64,000 nucleotides of DNA from Octopus vulgaris (Eukaryota): positions 16,120,001 through 16,184,000 of the forward strand of contig OX597834.1 in the NCBI GenBank assembly GCA_951406725.2, given 5' to 3'. Shown one piece after another: positions 38,608-50,788 of this stretch. Below the pieces are notes generated by a model. The model saw nothing but the letters and a program-made list of their open reading frames with translations. It made no database searches and was not told where the DNA came from. The position numbers were made by a program, and so were the translations under genes. Numbering within the stretch: the first letter of the stretch is position 1; the number at the start of each line of letters is the position of its first letter.

Positions 38608-38774
38608 ACTTTGTTGATTTGTCACACAGATATCATGTTCTATCCTCATATTCAGATCTTGGCTGAATTCACAACTAATATTTATATTATTATTTGTTGT
38701 TGTTGCTTTTTGTTGTAGTTAACTTTTAAAATCTTGCTGGAAATTTTCTAAGCCAAAAGCTCAATTGCTGTAAT

Positions 38775-38994
38775 GATTGAGCAGAAAATGTCTAAATTAT
38801 AGAAATAGGTATTTCATCTGTCATCACGTTCTGAGTTCAAATGCCACCGGGTTTGACTTTGCCTTTCATCCTTTTGGGGTCAGTAAAATAAGTACCAGGG
38901 AAACACTGGGGTTGATGTAATTGACTAGTCCCTTCCCCTCAAATTTCAGGCCTTGTGCCTATAGTAGAAAGGATTATCATTATTATCATTATTA

Positions 38995-39025
<31 letters not shown>

Positions 39026-39040
39026 CATCATTATTATTAT
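38775..39040 (+). mobile_element. SINE family C variant with (TTA)n tail
   Basis: Deu/Nin-like core, tail aaatttcaggccttgtgcctatagtagaaagg. Confidence 0.85.
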
Positions 39041-39075
39041 TCCTCGAAGCCAGAGTAACCAATTTAGAAATTAGA

Positions 39076-39119
39076 TCAAATTGAATATAATTCGAGCACC
39101 TTTATTTCCGATGTTATAG
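39076..39119 (-). CDS. Candidate terminal exon (phase 1 xITSEIKVLELYSI*)
   Basis: Acceptor ctacactttacttcttccgcattcag. Confidence 0.28.
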
Positions 39120-39715
39120 CTGAATGCGGAAGAAGTAAAGTGTAGTTTAACCTTGTTTTCCTTTATTTTTAGGATGGACTTTTTTTGTTGTTTTTTTTTC
39201 TTCTTTTTTTAAATATCTATTTTTATGTACAGACAGACAACCAAACAGACAGGCAGAGAAACAGTCAGGCAGCCAGACAGATAGACAGGCCTTGAGATAA
39301 ATAGATGAGTGGATGGAAACAATTTTTTTTTTTTTTTTAAATAATAAAGGAGGGAGTCAAGAGCTGGAGGAGATGGAGAAACGGAAGGGGGTTCTTCTAA
39401 ATATGGAATGAAAATCAAATTCATGTGAAGAACTATTTCACTTCATTAAAAATTAATCCAATATAGAAGCATTGGCCTAAAATATTGAATTATTAATATA
39501 TGCCACTTGAAGAAGGAAAATAGAACACAAACACACACAAACACACACAAACACACACACATACATACACACACCCTCATGCACTCAAGCACATACACAC
39601 GGCTGGAAGAGGAGAAGTAAAGAAAAAAAAAAAAAAAACAGAAAAAAATAGAGAAACTGATGAAGGAAAAATAAATCGGTTTTCCACAAGAACACAAACA
39701 AAAAAAATAAACAAT

Positions 39716-39822
39716 TTAAGCAGCAAACAACAGCACCAAAACAAGCAAACAAAAACAAAAAAAGGCCATGAACATCAGTAACAATAGTGCCAGGAATATC
39801 CACAACCCATATTCCCAAAGAA
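39716..39822 (-). CDS. Candidate terminal exon encoding a hydrophobic tail ([35 protein letters not shown])
   Basis: Acceptor atattcttccttttcag; the distal half is T-rich low complexity. Confidence 0.28.
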
Positions 39823-39956
39823 CTGAAAAGGAAGAATATCGGATATTTCAATGGAAATTTCTAAAGCTAAAAAACAAAAGACAAACGCACAATTATAGTC
39901 ACATATATACGCACATGTGTATAAATATATATATATGTATGTATGAATGAATGCAT

Positions 39957-40015
<59 letters not shown>

Positions 40016-40072
40016 AATGCATATATATATATGCATAATACATATATATATTTATATATATATATATGCATA

Positions 40073-40116
<44 letters not shown>

Positions 40117-40619
40117 GTGTGTATATACATATGTGCATATATATATATATATTTATATATATATGCACGCACGTGTGTATGTATATGTGTATATATGTAT
40201 GCATGTATTATATACATATAAGTGTGTGTGTCTATATAAATACATATTTGTATGTATACATGTACGTATATGTGTGTGTATGTATATATGATTGTGCATG
40301 TACTATATATATATACATGTATGTATTCATGTATGTATATAATAGATAGGTAGGTAGGTACATAGGTACGTACGTACATACGTAAGTACATAGATAGACA
40401 GACAGCTAGATAGATAGATAGATAGATACATAGATAGATAGATAAATAGACAGACAGACAGACAGATAGATGTCTTTGTGTGTAAGTGTGCATATAGGTA
40501 TGTATGCATGTAGGTATATTTGGGAAAGCAATGCATAATACATAATCCAGAAATATCACTATGGCCAAATGGTTTCGGGTTATTTAGAGAACTGTAAGGA
40601 AGGAGGGGGGAGATGGGGA

Positions 40620-40658
<39 letters not shown>

Positions 40659-40693
40659 TCATCCACCTTGAAGTATACTGGGAAAATAGAACC

Positions 40694-40726
<33 letters not shown>

Positions 40727-41039
40727 CGGTGATGATGACACTGATGGCTATCATTATCATCATCATCAACATCACCATTACCAGTGGGGGGAAGGTTAGG
40801 GGGCGATGGAGAGGGGAAGGGGACAGGAAGCGGAGATCGTTGCAAAGATTGGAAAAAGAGAATACAAATGACGATGGAGAGAGAGAGAGAGGGGGGTGGG
40901 GGTGGAGAAGGTATATGCAAATATGTGTAGTTGTAAGAGAATGTATGTTTGTGTGTGTGTGTGTGTGTGAGTATGCTAGTGTGGGTTTGTACTTTCTGTG
41001 TGTGTGTGTGTGTGTGTGTGCATGTGTGTGTGTGTGTAT

Positions 41040-41291
41040 GTAAATGTGTCTATATGTCTAAGGAAGCATGTATTTGAGTGTGTGTGTTTGTGTGTGTGTG
41101 TGTGTGTGTATTTGGTAGTGATCAGAGAGCGAATGTGTGTATGCATATGTGTGTGTGCATATGTGTGTGTGTGTGTGTGTATTTGGTAGTGATCAGGGAG
41201 CAAATGTGTGTGTATGTGTGTTTGTGTATGTGTGTGTATGTGTGTTTGTGTATGTGTGTGTGTGTGTATTTGGTAGTGATCAGAGAGTGAA

Positions 41292-41324
<33 letters not shown>

Positions 41325-41885
41325 GTGTATTTGGTAGTGATCAGAGAGTGAATGTGTATGTGTGTGTGTGTGTGATTCTAAGTAAGCATGTATTTGAGTG
41401 TCTAAGTCTGTATGTTAGTTAGACTCTGTGTGTGTGTGTTTGTATTAGTGAATGTGTGTGTGTGTGTGTGTGTGTATCTGTGTGTTCAAGTAAGCATTTA
41501 TTTGAATGTCTGCATCTCTATATTTATTTACGTGTGTGTGTGTGTGTCTATGTAAGCATGTATTTGAGTGTGTTTGTATGTGCATGTGTGTGTATTTGTT
41601 AGTGAACAGAGGAGCGAAGGTGTGTATGTGTGTGTGTGTGTGATTCTGTCTAAGTAAGCATGTATTTGGGTGTCTAAGTCTATATGTTTGTTAGACTCTG
41701 TGTGTGTGTGTGTGTGTCTATGTAAGCATGTATTTGAGTGTGTTTGTGCATGTGTGTGTATTTGTTAGTGATCAGAGGAGCGAAGGTGTGTGTGTGTGTG
41801 ATTCTGTCCAAGTAAGCATGTATTTGAGTGTCTAAGTCTATATGTTTGTTAGACTGTGTGTGTGTGTGTGTGTGAGTGTGTGCGC
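41040..41885. repeat. (TG)n-interspersed tandem repeats
   Basis: Recurrent gtatttggtagtgatcagagag and taagcatgtatttgagtg anchors. Confidence 0.9.
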
Positions 41886-43200
41886 GCTTATAAGTGCAGG
41901 CATGTGCAATCGGATATTAGTTTCCAGACAAGGTAAGACAGGTTAATAGAGAAGGAAGAATCAATGTACAGAAATGCAGAGACGATGGGGGGGAAGGATC
42001 AGTGGGGAGAGGGAGAGAGAGAGCAGGGAGGGGCAGCTGGGCAAAGGAGAAGCGATGAAGTGGGGGAGGGGAGAGATGAGGAAGGTGAAAATTCAAAACA
42101 TAAACCATCAAAACAAAGAAATATTTGAAGGATATACACAGAAGCAACAATAGGGGTCAAGTAATAACCCCACCACCACCATGACCACCACCACACCTAC
42201 TACTACTGTTGTCACCTCTTCCACCGCTAATAAGGGTGGGGTGCTACAGTGGAGCCACTCTACAGGATCGCTCAGTGCTAGAAATGGCAGCCGAGTTCTT
42301 TCAAATGTACTCTGTTGTCATCACAAAAAGAGGTGATGGTCGTGACTGGAATGCTTTTCATCATAGATCTATTCAATCAGAACTGACCTGAAGCAAAACA
42401 TCTACTGATACCAAGACAACAACAGCTGCTGCCACCACCACCACAACCACTACCAACACAACAATCACCACCACCACCATCACTATCACCACCACTATCA
42501 CTACCACAACAACTACCACAAAAGCCACTTCCTTTGCCATAAGCACCATCACCACCACAAAGAAACTACCACGGTAGCTACTACCACTGTAACCCCCATC
42601 TCACCACTCACCACTACACAACAACCACCACAACAACCGTTTTCTCTCATAACACCAACCACAAACATCACCACACCACCACTATAGCAATCACCACAAC
42701 AACTACTACCTTTTGTACAACTACCACTGTGGCTACTACCACCACAACTATCACAGTAACTACTACAACAACTACCGCACTTTGACAACTATAACTATTA
42801 CTACCACCACAACTGCCTCCTGCACAATTACCACTGTTGCCACCACCACCACAACAACAACTACAACAGTCACTACTACAAGCACCACCACGCCCAACTC
42901 TACTATTACCACCACCACCACCACCACAACTACCTCCTCCACCACTACCAATCAACAACCACTACTTCCACCTCCATCACCACCTACAACAACATCATCA
43001 TCATCACCTTCATCATCGCCTTCATCATCATCATTATCATCATCATAATCATTATCATCATCATCATCATCATCATTGATACCAAGAAGGAAGCCTCGCA
43101 GATTAGTTGCCAGGATATTGGAAGATGAAAACATGGTTGCGAGTAACAATGGTGTTTTTCAACTTTGGAGATTGTATGACGGAAGCAGCCAACAGGTGAA

Positions 43201-43322
43201 TTAGATGAGGTCAGTGCTCGGAGAAAGCCCGGTTCCCGGAAACTTCCTGTTGAGTCGGTGGAGTTTGGGGGGGGTAGGTGGTGGGGGGTAGAATGAAGGA
43301 AGGCTGGAGAGGAACTTAGATC
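43201..43322 (-). CDS. Candidate terminal exon (phase 1 xSKFLSSLPSFYPPPPTPPKLHRLNRKFPGTGLSPSTDLI*)
   Basis: Acceptor tttttttgtttcttcttggcatacatcag followed by a GC-richer unique 250-bp island. Confidence 0.35.
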
Positions 43323-43444
43323 CTGATGTATGCCAAGAAGAAACAAAAAAAAACCAACAATACAATAATAATAATAATAACAGAAACCACAAAAATTAAT
43401 AATAATAATCATAACAATAATGATGATAACAATCATAATAATAT

Positions 43445-43585
43445 AGGTGTAGAAGTGGCTGTGTGGTAAGTAGCTTGCTTACGAACCACATGGTTCCGGG
43501 TTCAGTCCCACTACGGGGCACCTTGTGCTGACCAAAAGCCTTGTGAGTGGATTTGGTAGACAGAAACTGAAAGAAGCCCATCGTA

Positions 43586-43644
<59 letters not shown>

Positions 43645-43851
43645 ATATGTTTGTGTGTCTGTGTTTGTCCAACATTGCTTGACAACCGATGCTGGTGTGT
43701 TTACGTCCCCGTCACTTAGCGGTTCAGCAAAAGAGACCGATAGAAATAAGTACTAGGCTTACAAAGAATAAGTCCCGGGGTCGATTTGCTCGACTAAAAG
43801 GCAGTGCTCCAGCATGGCCACAGTCACGTGACTGAAACAAGTAAAAGAGTA
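43445..43851 (+). mobile_element. SINE family A, near full length
   Basis: Head, (TA)n and tail present. Confidence 0.92.
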
Positions 43852-43929
43852 TAATAATGATAACAACAACAAAACCAATGTGCCGGAAGGACATTCTACA
43901 AGAAACGGACACAAAATTGAAAGAAGAAA

Positions 43930-44214
43930 AAGAATGTGGAGCCTAAAACCAGAAACAATCCCTATAATGGTAGGTTCATTAGGCATGATTAAAAAACATT
44001 CAGACAAACACATAACCGAAACATCAGGGTTTACGAATGTATATAACATATAGAAAATAGCACTACTAGGCACCGCACACATCCTACAGAAAACACTTTC
44101 AATACAGCAAAAATAAGAGCACCACGACAAACGACAGTAGATACCCGTGGCATATGGAGCTGCAATCGGTAGCGCAATGAAAGCACGGGGGTAAAAATAA
44201 GAGTACTGAATAAT

Positions 44215-44252
<38 letters not shown>
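43930..44252 (+). mobile_element. R4/Dong-clade LINE 3' end with (TAA)n tail
   Basis: RMWSLKPETIPIMVGSLGMI...KIALLGTAHILQK, the C-terminal motif of restriction-like-endonuclease LINEs. Confidence 0.8.
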
Positions 44253-44255
<3 letters not shown>

Positions 44256-44819
44256 GCCCTGATGCAGTACCAGGCAGTGGCTCTCATAGCTTCTGATCTT
44301 AACTGATTGCAAGTGTTATCATGTACATTGTTTTGTCTTGGTATAAAAGATGGGCTACAGCAAATATTCTGCGCAGTACCACAGATTTGCTTGTCAGTTG
44401 TTTGACCATAACCAGTTGAGCATGTCCCTTAGTGGCTGACGATATGTGCATCTCTGATCACGAGCAGAGGTAGTGGGGGAGCATCATAGCCATGTGTTGA
44501 GAGGGATTCTTTGGGGTTTGAATAATTCACCTCTGGAAACATGGGTGTTTCATTCAACATCCTTAAAAAACCCTTATTCAGGGACCTTTTGAGTGGGATG
44601 GGCTACTCAACCTGAAGAAAATTCTAACTGGGCCCCACCTGCAAGGTCATGTGCTGTTTATCTTGTTATGAGATCACCATGTCGCACACATAGGGTTGTG
44701 ATGCATGTACCTGGTGTACCCTTATCAGACAGGTAGTCATGATGGGTATACTGGGCTTCATATATTTTATTTTATTTTACCCCAGTGTCACTTTGATGGT
44801 GTGCACTGCTCTCTCACTC

Positions 44820-44860
<41 letters not shown>
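44253..44860 (+). mobile_element. Non-coding retro-repeat embedded in (TAA)n
   Basis: Second copy at 45121-45588; both end ctctctcactc(aat)n. Confidence 0.75.
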
Positions 44861-44862
<2 letters not shown>

Positions 44863-44874
44863 TAATAATAATAA

Positions 44875-45078
44875 GCCTTTCTGCTACAGGCACAAGGCCT
44901 GAAATTTGTAAGGAGGGGACTAGTCGACTTCACTGATCCCCAGTGTCTCACTGGTACTAAATTTATTGACCTTGAAAGAATGAAAGGCAAAGTTGACCTC
45001 AGTTGAATTTGAACTGAGAACATAAAGACAGGCAAAATACTGCTAAGCATTTCATCCGGTGTGCAAACTTGCCATCTA

Positions 45079-45080
<2 letters not shown>
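44875..45080 (-). mobile_element. SINE family C variant (duplicated at 45590-45795)
   Basis: Near-identical pair sharing idiosyncratic substitutions. Confidence 0.85.
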
Positions 45081-45122
<42 letters not shown>

Positions 45123-45557
45123 AGCAAATATTCTGCTCAATACCACAGATTTGCTTGTCAGTTGTTTGACCTTAACCAGTTGAGCATTTCCTTTAGTGGC
45201 TGACGATATGTGCATCTCTGGTCACAAGCAGAAGTAGTGGGGGAGCATCATAGCCATGTGTTGAAAGGAATTCACCTCTGGAAACAGGGGTGGTTCGTTC
45301 AACATCCTTAAACAATCCTTATTCAGGGACCTTTTGAGCAGGATGGCCTACTCAACCAGAAGAAAATTCTAATTGGGCCCCACCTGCAAGGTCATGTGCT
45401 GTTTATCTTCATATGAGATCACCATGTCGCGCACATATGGTTGTGATGCATGTGCCTGGTGCACCCTTATCACCAGACGGGTAGTCATGGTGGGTATACT
45501 GGGCTTCGTATATTTTACCCCAGTGTCACTTTGATGGCATGCACTGCTCTCTCACTC

Positions 45558-45589
<32 letters not shown>

Positions 45590-45794
45590 GCCTTTCTGCT
45601 ATAGGCACAAGGCCTGAAATTTGTGGGTAGGGGACTAGTCGATTTCACTGATCCCCAGTGTCTCACTGGTACTAAATTTATTGACCTTGAAAGAATGAAA
45701 GGCAAAGTTGACCTCAGTTGAATTTGAACTGAGAACATAAAGACAGGCAAAATACTGCTAAGCATTTCATCCAGTGAGCAAACTTGCCATCTAA

Positions 45795-45859
<65 letters not shown>

Positions 45860-46264
45860 GAATTGGGATGATGATCATGATGATGATGACTGAAGTAGTT
45901 TTATGTTCAAACTGCTGGGATCTGGCCTCTCTCAGCATCCCTATAATATAATTCTAAAAATTAACAGTTTCCTCATCAAAATCTCAAAGCTATATGAAAG
46001 TGCATGATTAATTCAAGAGAACATGAATAAATAAGCATTACTTTGGAGAAAATAATGTGAATGCTGAAGGGTTAACCTGTTCCTGTTATAGCAGGAACAT
46101 GGCATGGCAGGGTTGCGTCTTGCAAGGGACCTGTAATCAACGTGGAATGGTTTGCAAGTCCCTTCTGCCTCCACTGCACTTTCATATAGCTTTGAGATTT
46201 TTATGAGGAAACTGTTAATTTTTAGAATTATATTGTAGGGTTGCTGAGAGGGAACCTTTTGAGC

Positions 46265-46665
46265 ATTGGGCCTCACAGAGGCAAGCAAAGTGGCTGAGTT
46301 CCTTTCAAGTGTTGGGCCTCATGGAGCCAATGACCAAGACCTTTGGCATTATGCTGTGCTTGAGAAGAAAACCCATCAAGCCAAGCAAAATTGCAGTCAT
46401 GACAGATACTGGTGTCATGAAAATTGGCACCCATGCCAGTGGTACATAAAAGAACCCCGGTGTCATGCAAACGGCACCTGTGCTACTAGCATGTTAAAGC
46501 ACCCATTACACTCTCAGAGTGGTTGGTGTTAGGAAGAGCATCCAGCATAGAAAACCATGCCAAATCAGAATGGAGTCTGGAGCAGCTTTCCAATGTGCCA
46601 GCCAGGTCAAACCGTCCAACCCATGCCAGCAAGGACAACAGACATTAAATAATGATGAGGATGAT
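46265..46665 (+). mobile_element. Family D retro-repeat
   Basis: Family motifs and GAT tail. Confidence 0.8.
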
Positions 46666-46667
46666 AT

Positions 46668-47104
46668 AGGCACAGGCAAGCAAGGATGAATAGTAAGAAG
46701 TTTTCTTCTCAAGCACATGGTTTCAAGTTCTGTGTCCACTTTGTGATACCTTGAGTGTCTTGGCTCGGAACCTACACTCGCTTCCTTATGAGAGCTCAAA
46801 ATCTCTCATGGAGGTGCCATCCAACCAAAATGCAAATATATGGGAAACTACCACCTGTGTCATCTCTTGTGAAAGGTAGGAGAGTCCACTTTGCTGGACA
46901 TTGTTGTAGAGCTGAAAACGAGGCAATTTCTACTCTTCTCCTCTGGAAGCCATCTGCTCGCAATACCAGAGGGTGCACACTCTCCTACTCTGATGTAATC
47001 TCCAGGGATACAGGCATCCAGCAACAGGACCTCCGTAATGCTATGATGGACTGTGAAGTCTGGCGTAGCATGGTAAATTCCGTTGTCTCGACCACGGTCA
47101 AACA

Positions 47105-47149
<45 letters not shown>

Positions 47150-47508
47150 GAGTGTCTTCTACTACAGCCTTGGACCAATCAAAACCTTGTGAGTGGATTT
47201 GGCAGACAGAAACCGAAAGGAAGCCCACTGTATATATATATTGTGTGTGTGTAAGTGATTGTATATTTGTCCATGTATTTGTCACACACACACACACAGC
47301 TTCACAGCTGGTATTCATTTCTTTACATCCAATAACTTAGCAGTTCGACCTAAGAGAACGACAAAATAAGTAACAGGCTTAAATATTAAAAAACAAAATC
47401 CCCAAGAAAGGAACTAGGATTGATCTATCTGTTTGACGAAACCCCTTTCAAGGTGGTGGCTCCAGCATGGCCGCAGTGTCACTGACCGAAACAAGTGCAA
47501 AAGATAAA
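46668..47508 (+). mobile_element. SINE family A interrupted by an RTE LINE
   Basis: Head at 46668-46761 resumes at 47148. Confidence 0.75.
46762..47147 (+). mobile_element. 5'-truncated RTE-clade LINE with (GAT)n tail and 11-bp TSD
   Basis: TRFLMRAQNLSW...RRVHFAGHCCR...AMMDCEVWRSMV motifs; TSD ttgagtgtctt at 46751-46761 and 47148-47158. Confidence 0.9.
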
Positions 47509-48014
47509 TTGGTAAAAGACATAACAGATTTGGATGAATCTATCAAAGAGATATAAAATCATAAGAGATTATCAAAGAAAGACTGTATGATTAGTTCAAT
47601 TTGGTTTTCATTTCGCTATTTTTTTGTTATTTGTTTTTTCTATTTGTCAATGCAGTTACATATTTTATTAAAGAGGAAAGGGAAAGTGGACAACTGGACA
47701 CGGAGAAGCAATCGGTCACTCAGTCGTTTTCACTAATATCTTTCAAATACAAATAACAACAACTACAACTACTACTATTACTACTAATAACAATAATAAT
47801 AATAATAATAATGCTAATATGGAAACCAGCCAAACTCAATATGCACTACATTTCTTTTGTTGGCAAACAATTGGCATTGACAAGGCAAATGGATTTATTT
47901 TTAGACGGACAACTTTTGGTAAATTTCCTTCTTTCTTTCTTTATTTATTTATTTATTTATTTCGTTTATAAATTTATTTATTTATTTATTTGTTTATTTA
48001 TTTTTTTTTTACTT

Positions 48015-48079
48015 TTATCGCTTGCTTCCGATTTGGTACTTTGTTCTCACTGTGAAACCAAGTCGGATTTGATGTCGAC
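48015..48079 (-). CDS. Candidate terminal exon (phase 1 xRHQIRLGFTVRTKYQIGSKR*)
   Basis: Acceptor ttttttttcttcttcattttag, unique island. Confidence 0.3.
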
Positions 48080-48600
48080 CTAAAATGAAGAAGAAAAAAA
48101 ATTCAACCCCCAACAGATCTAACCTCGCTTCCTTTTTGTTTTTGTTGCTTGTTTGTTTGTTTTTTTGTCGTTTCCTTTTCTTTTCTGTTATCTTAGTTTC
48201 TTTGTCCCCTCCCCTCTCTTTCACCATTTGCTCCCACCTCACTCTCTCTCTCTCTCTCTCTATTTCTCTCTGTAGGAAACTTAAAAGTTTAAGAAAATCC
48301 AAAAATAATTTTGGCAACTTAAAATTTATGATGGCCATGTCAGGAACGGGGATGGGGGGAGATAATCTTTCAGTAATCAGGCATTTTTATTTATTTACTT
48401 ATTTATTTATTTAAGCAAGGAATGGCAATGTCATTGCGGCACAAGACAAACTAGGGGATGAAGCGAGGAAATCCTGGGCTTGTTCCAAAAACAAAAACAA
48501 ACAAAAAAACAAAGCAAAAAAAAAAAAACAAAGATGAAGAGACAGAAACATAAAGAATGGCTGTATGGTATCGGTTAACCATTTTCGTTAAGACTGACCT

Positions 48601-48673
48601 TTATTTACTACTTGGCTCAGCGCCAAAAACACTGAACCTCGATTTAAGATCAATTATGGTTACCCATTCCTCA
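48601..48673 (-). CDS. Candidate terminal exon (phase 1 xRNG*; phase 2 xEEWVTIIDLKSRFSVFGAEPSSK*)
   Basis: Very strong acceptor ctcctcctacctttcttctgcag. Confidence 0.28.
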
Positions 48674-49117
48674 CTGCAGAAGAAAGGTAGGAGGAGAGGA
48701 AGAGAAAGCAGATGACATAGAGTAAGAGAGTGAGAGAGAGAGAGAGAGAGAGACTAAAGCACAGATGTTGGGAGAAAGAGGCGGAGAGAGAGAGAGAAAG
48801 GGTGAGAAGCAAGCTAAGGCAAGGCAGGGAAGTATTGAAAGAAAATTGGGTAACTGAATGTGATACTAATAGGATGAACGCCAAAAGGTTAAGATAAACA
48901 CACAGACACACACACACACAGTGTAAGTGTCTGTGTGTACACACACACACACAGGCATTAACAACTTGACTCGAAATTGCATTACTTATAAACTTTCACA
49001 GGCACAAAGAGCATGTTTGATCATCTGATGAACCAGATGCTTAAAAACCGAGTGATGGATTGGTCGCTACCTCTAAATAAGCCCGACTATTATTAGTTAG
49101 TAAGTGGGGCCATTTAG

Positions 49118-49945
49118 AAGAAGCTTGAGAGGCGGTTGGACGGAACCTACATTCGCCTCCTTATGAGAGCTCAAAATCTCTCGTGGAAGCGCCAAGCCAA
49201 GCAAAATTGCAGTTGTGGCAGATACTGGTGTCATGGAAATTGGCACCCATGCCAGTAGTACATAAAAGAACCCGGTGTCATGCAAAGCGCACCCATGCCA
49301 CCAGCACATTAAAGCACCCATTACACTCTCAGAGTGGTTGGTGTTAGGAAGGGCATCCAGCATAGAAAAGCATGCCAAATCAGACTGGATCTTGGCGCAG
49401 CCTTCCAATGTGCCAGCCGGGTCAAACCGTCCAACCCATGCCAGCACGGACAACGGACATTAAATAATGATGAGGATGATGATGATGAGGATGATATAGG
49501 CACAGGCAAGCAAGGATGAATAGTAAGAAGTTTTCTTCTCAAGCACATGGTTTCAAGTTCTGTGTCCACCTTGTGATACCTTGAGTGTCTTGGCTCGGAA
49601 CCTACACTCGCCTCCTTATGAGAGCTCAAAATCTCTCATGGAAGTGTCATCCAACCAACATGCAAATATATGGGAAACTACCACCTGTGTCATCTCTTGT
49701 GAAATCTAGGAGAGTCCAGTTTGCTGGACATTGTTGTAGAGCAGAAAAACGAAGCAATTTCTACTCTTCTCCTCTGGAAGCAATCTACTCGCGATACCAG
49801 AGGGTGCACACTCTCCTACCCTGATGTAATCTCCAGGGATACAGGCATCCAGCAACAGGACATCCGTAAGGCTATGATGGACCGTGAAGTCTGGCGTAGC
49901 ATGGTAAATTCCATTGTCTCGACCACGGTCGAACAATGATGATGA
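49118..49945 (+). mobile_element. Composite insertion: RTE fragment + copy of 46378-47115
   Basis: Direct alignment by eye; degenerate TSD tggggccatttag / tgggatcatttag. Confidence 0.85.
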
Positions 49946-50384
49946 TGGGATCATTTAGGGTCACATCATGGAATCGCTATCTCAGTGACTGGCAACAGCT
50001 TCTACCTGAGAGGGGGTACTGACTTTACGAGCGAGAGTAATCACCTTCGCTTTCCTTTCAAATTCAAGTGAAGTTAAAAATTTCAGTAAAGTTTATGGAA
50101 CGGTATAAACCAGGGGTGGGGGAAACTATTTAGTGCGGCAGGCAAAAATTTACAAAGAAAAAGGTCCGTGGGCAGATCACAAGTTCTAACTCTTACATCT
50201 GTGTAAATCTTGTATATATCTATGTATAATTCAACATACATTGATAAAGATAGGTTTAAACTGGTAGCATGTGTTTGGGGAGCATTGCCTGATTAGAGAT
50301 AAAAGTCAGATGGCTAGTTCTTAGAGACATCTAAGTTAAATGGAGGATTGAAATAGTTTATATTCCTTTTTCTAACACATCTGA

Positions 50385-50788
50385 TGGAAGTATGGTGGTG
50401 GAGGGGACTAAAAGCATTCTAAATTCTTATTAAAGTCACTCCTCATTAACAGTTTGTGGTGATGGGGTACAGCTCTATCAACGAATTCTGTCTCAGAGGA
50501 TAAATTAGGGTTCTTCTACAAATACCAACAACTAAATTCTAAATTATTGCTCAAGAAGTGATTTGGATTACGATGAATATTATATGTTTTCACCATAAGG
50601 TTTTCTCTGGTGATAGAATTTGTTGGTCTTGGAGATTAAGGTAATGCCCATGAAGCTGACCATGGTTAGGTTGGTGGTAAGAGTTATATCAATGCCAAAC
50701 TTCCTTAAAATTTTCAAAATCTAACTACAGTGCAACTATTCATATATACTTGAAATTGTTAAGCCATCATCTCTGTACAAACCTGATA
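50385..50788 (-). mobile_element. Decayed Penelope-like reverse transcriptase fragment
   Basis: SGLYRDDGLTI, ILKILRKFGIDITLTTNLTMVSFMGITL and NLSSETEFVDRAVPHH segments, with stops and frameshifts. Confidence 0.8.

Noticed and set aside
49025-49070. CTGATGA-acca...tggt as another hammerhead
   Set aside because: No GAAA and no stem I or III
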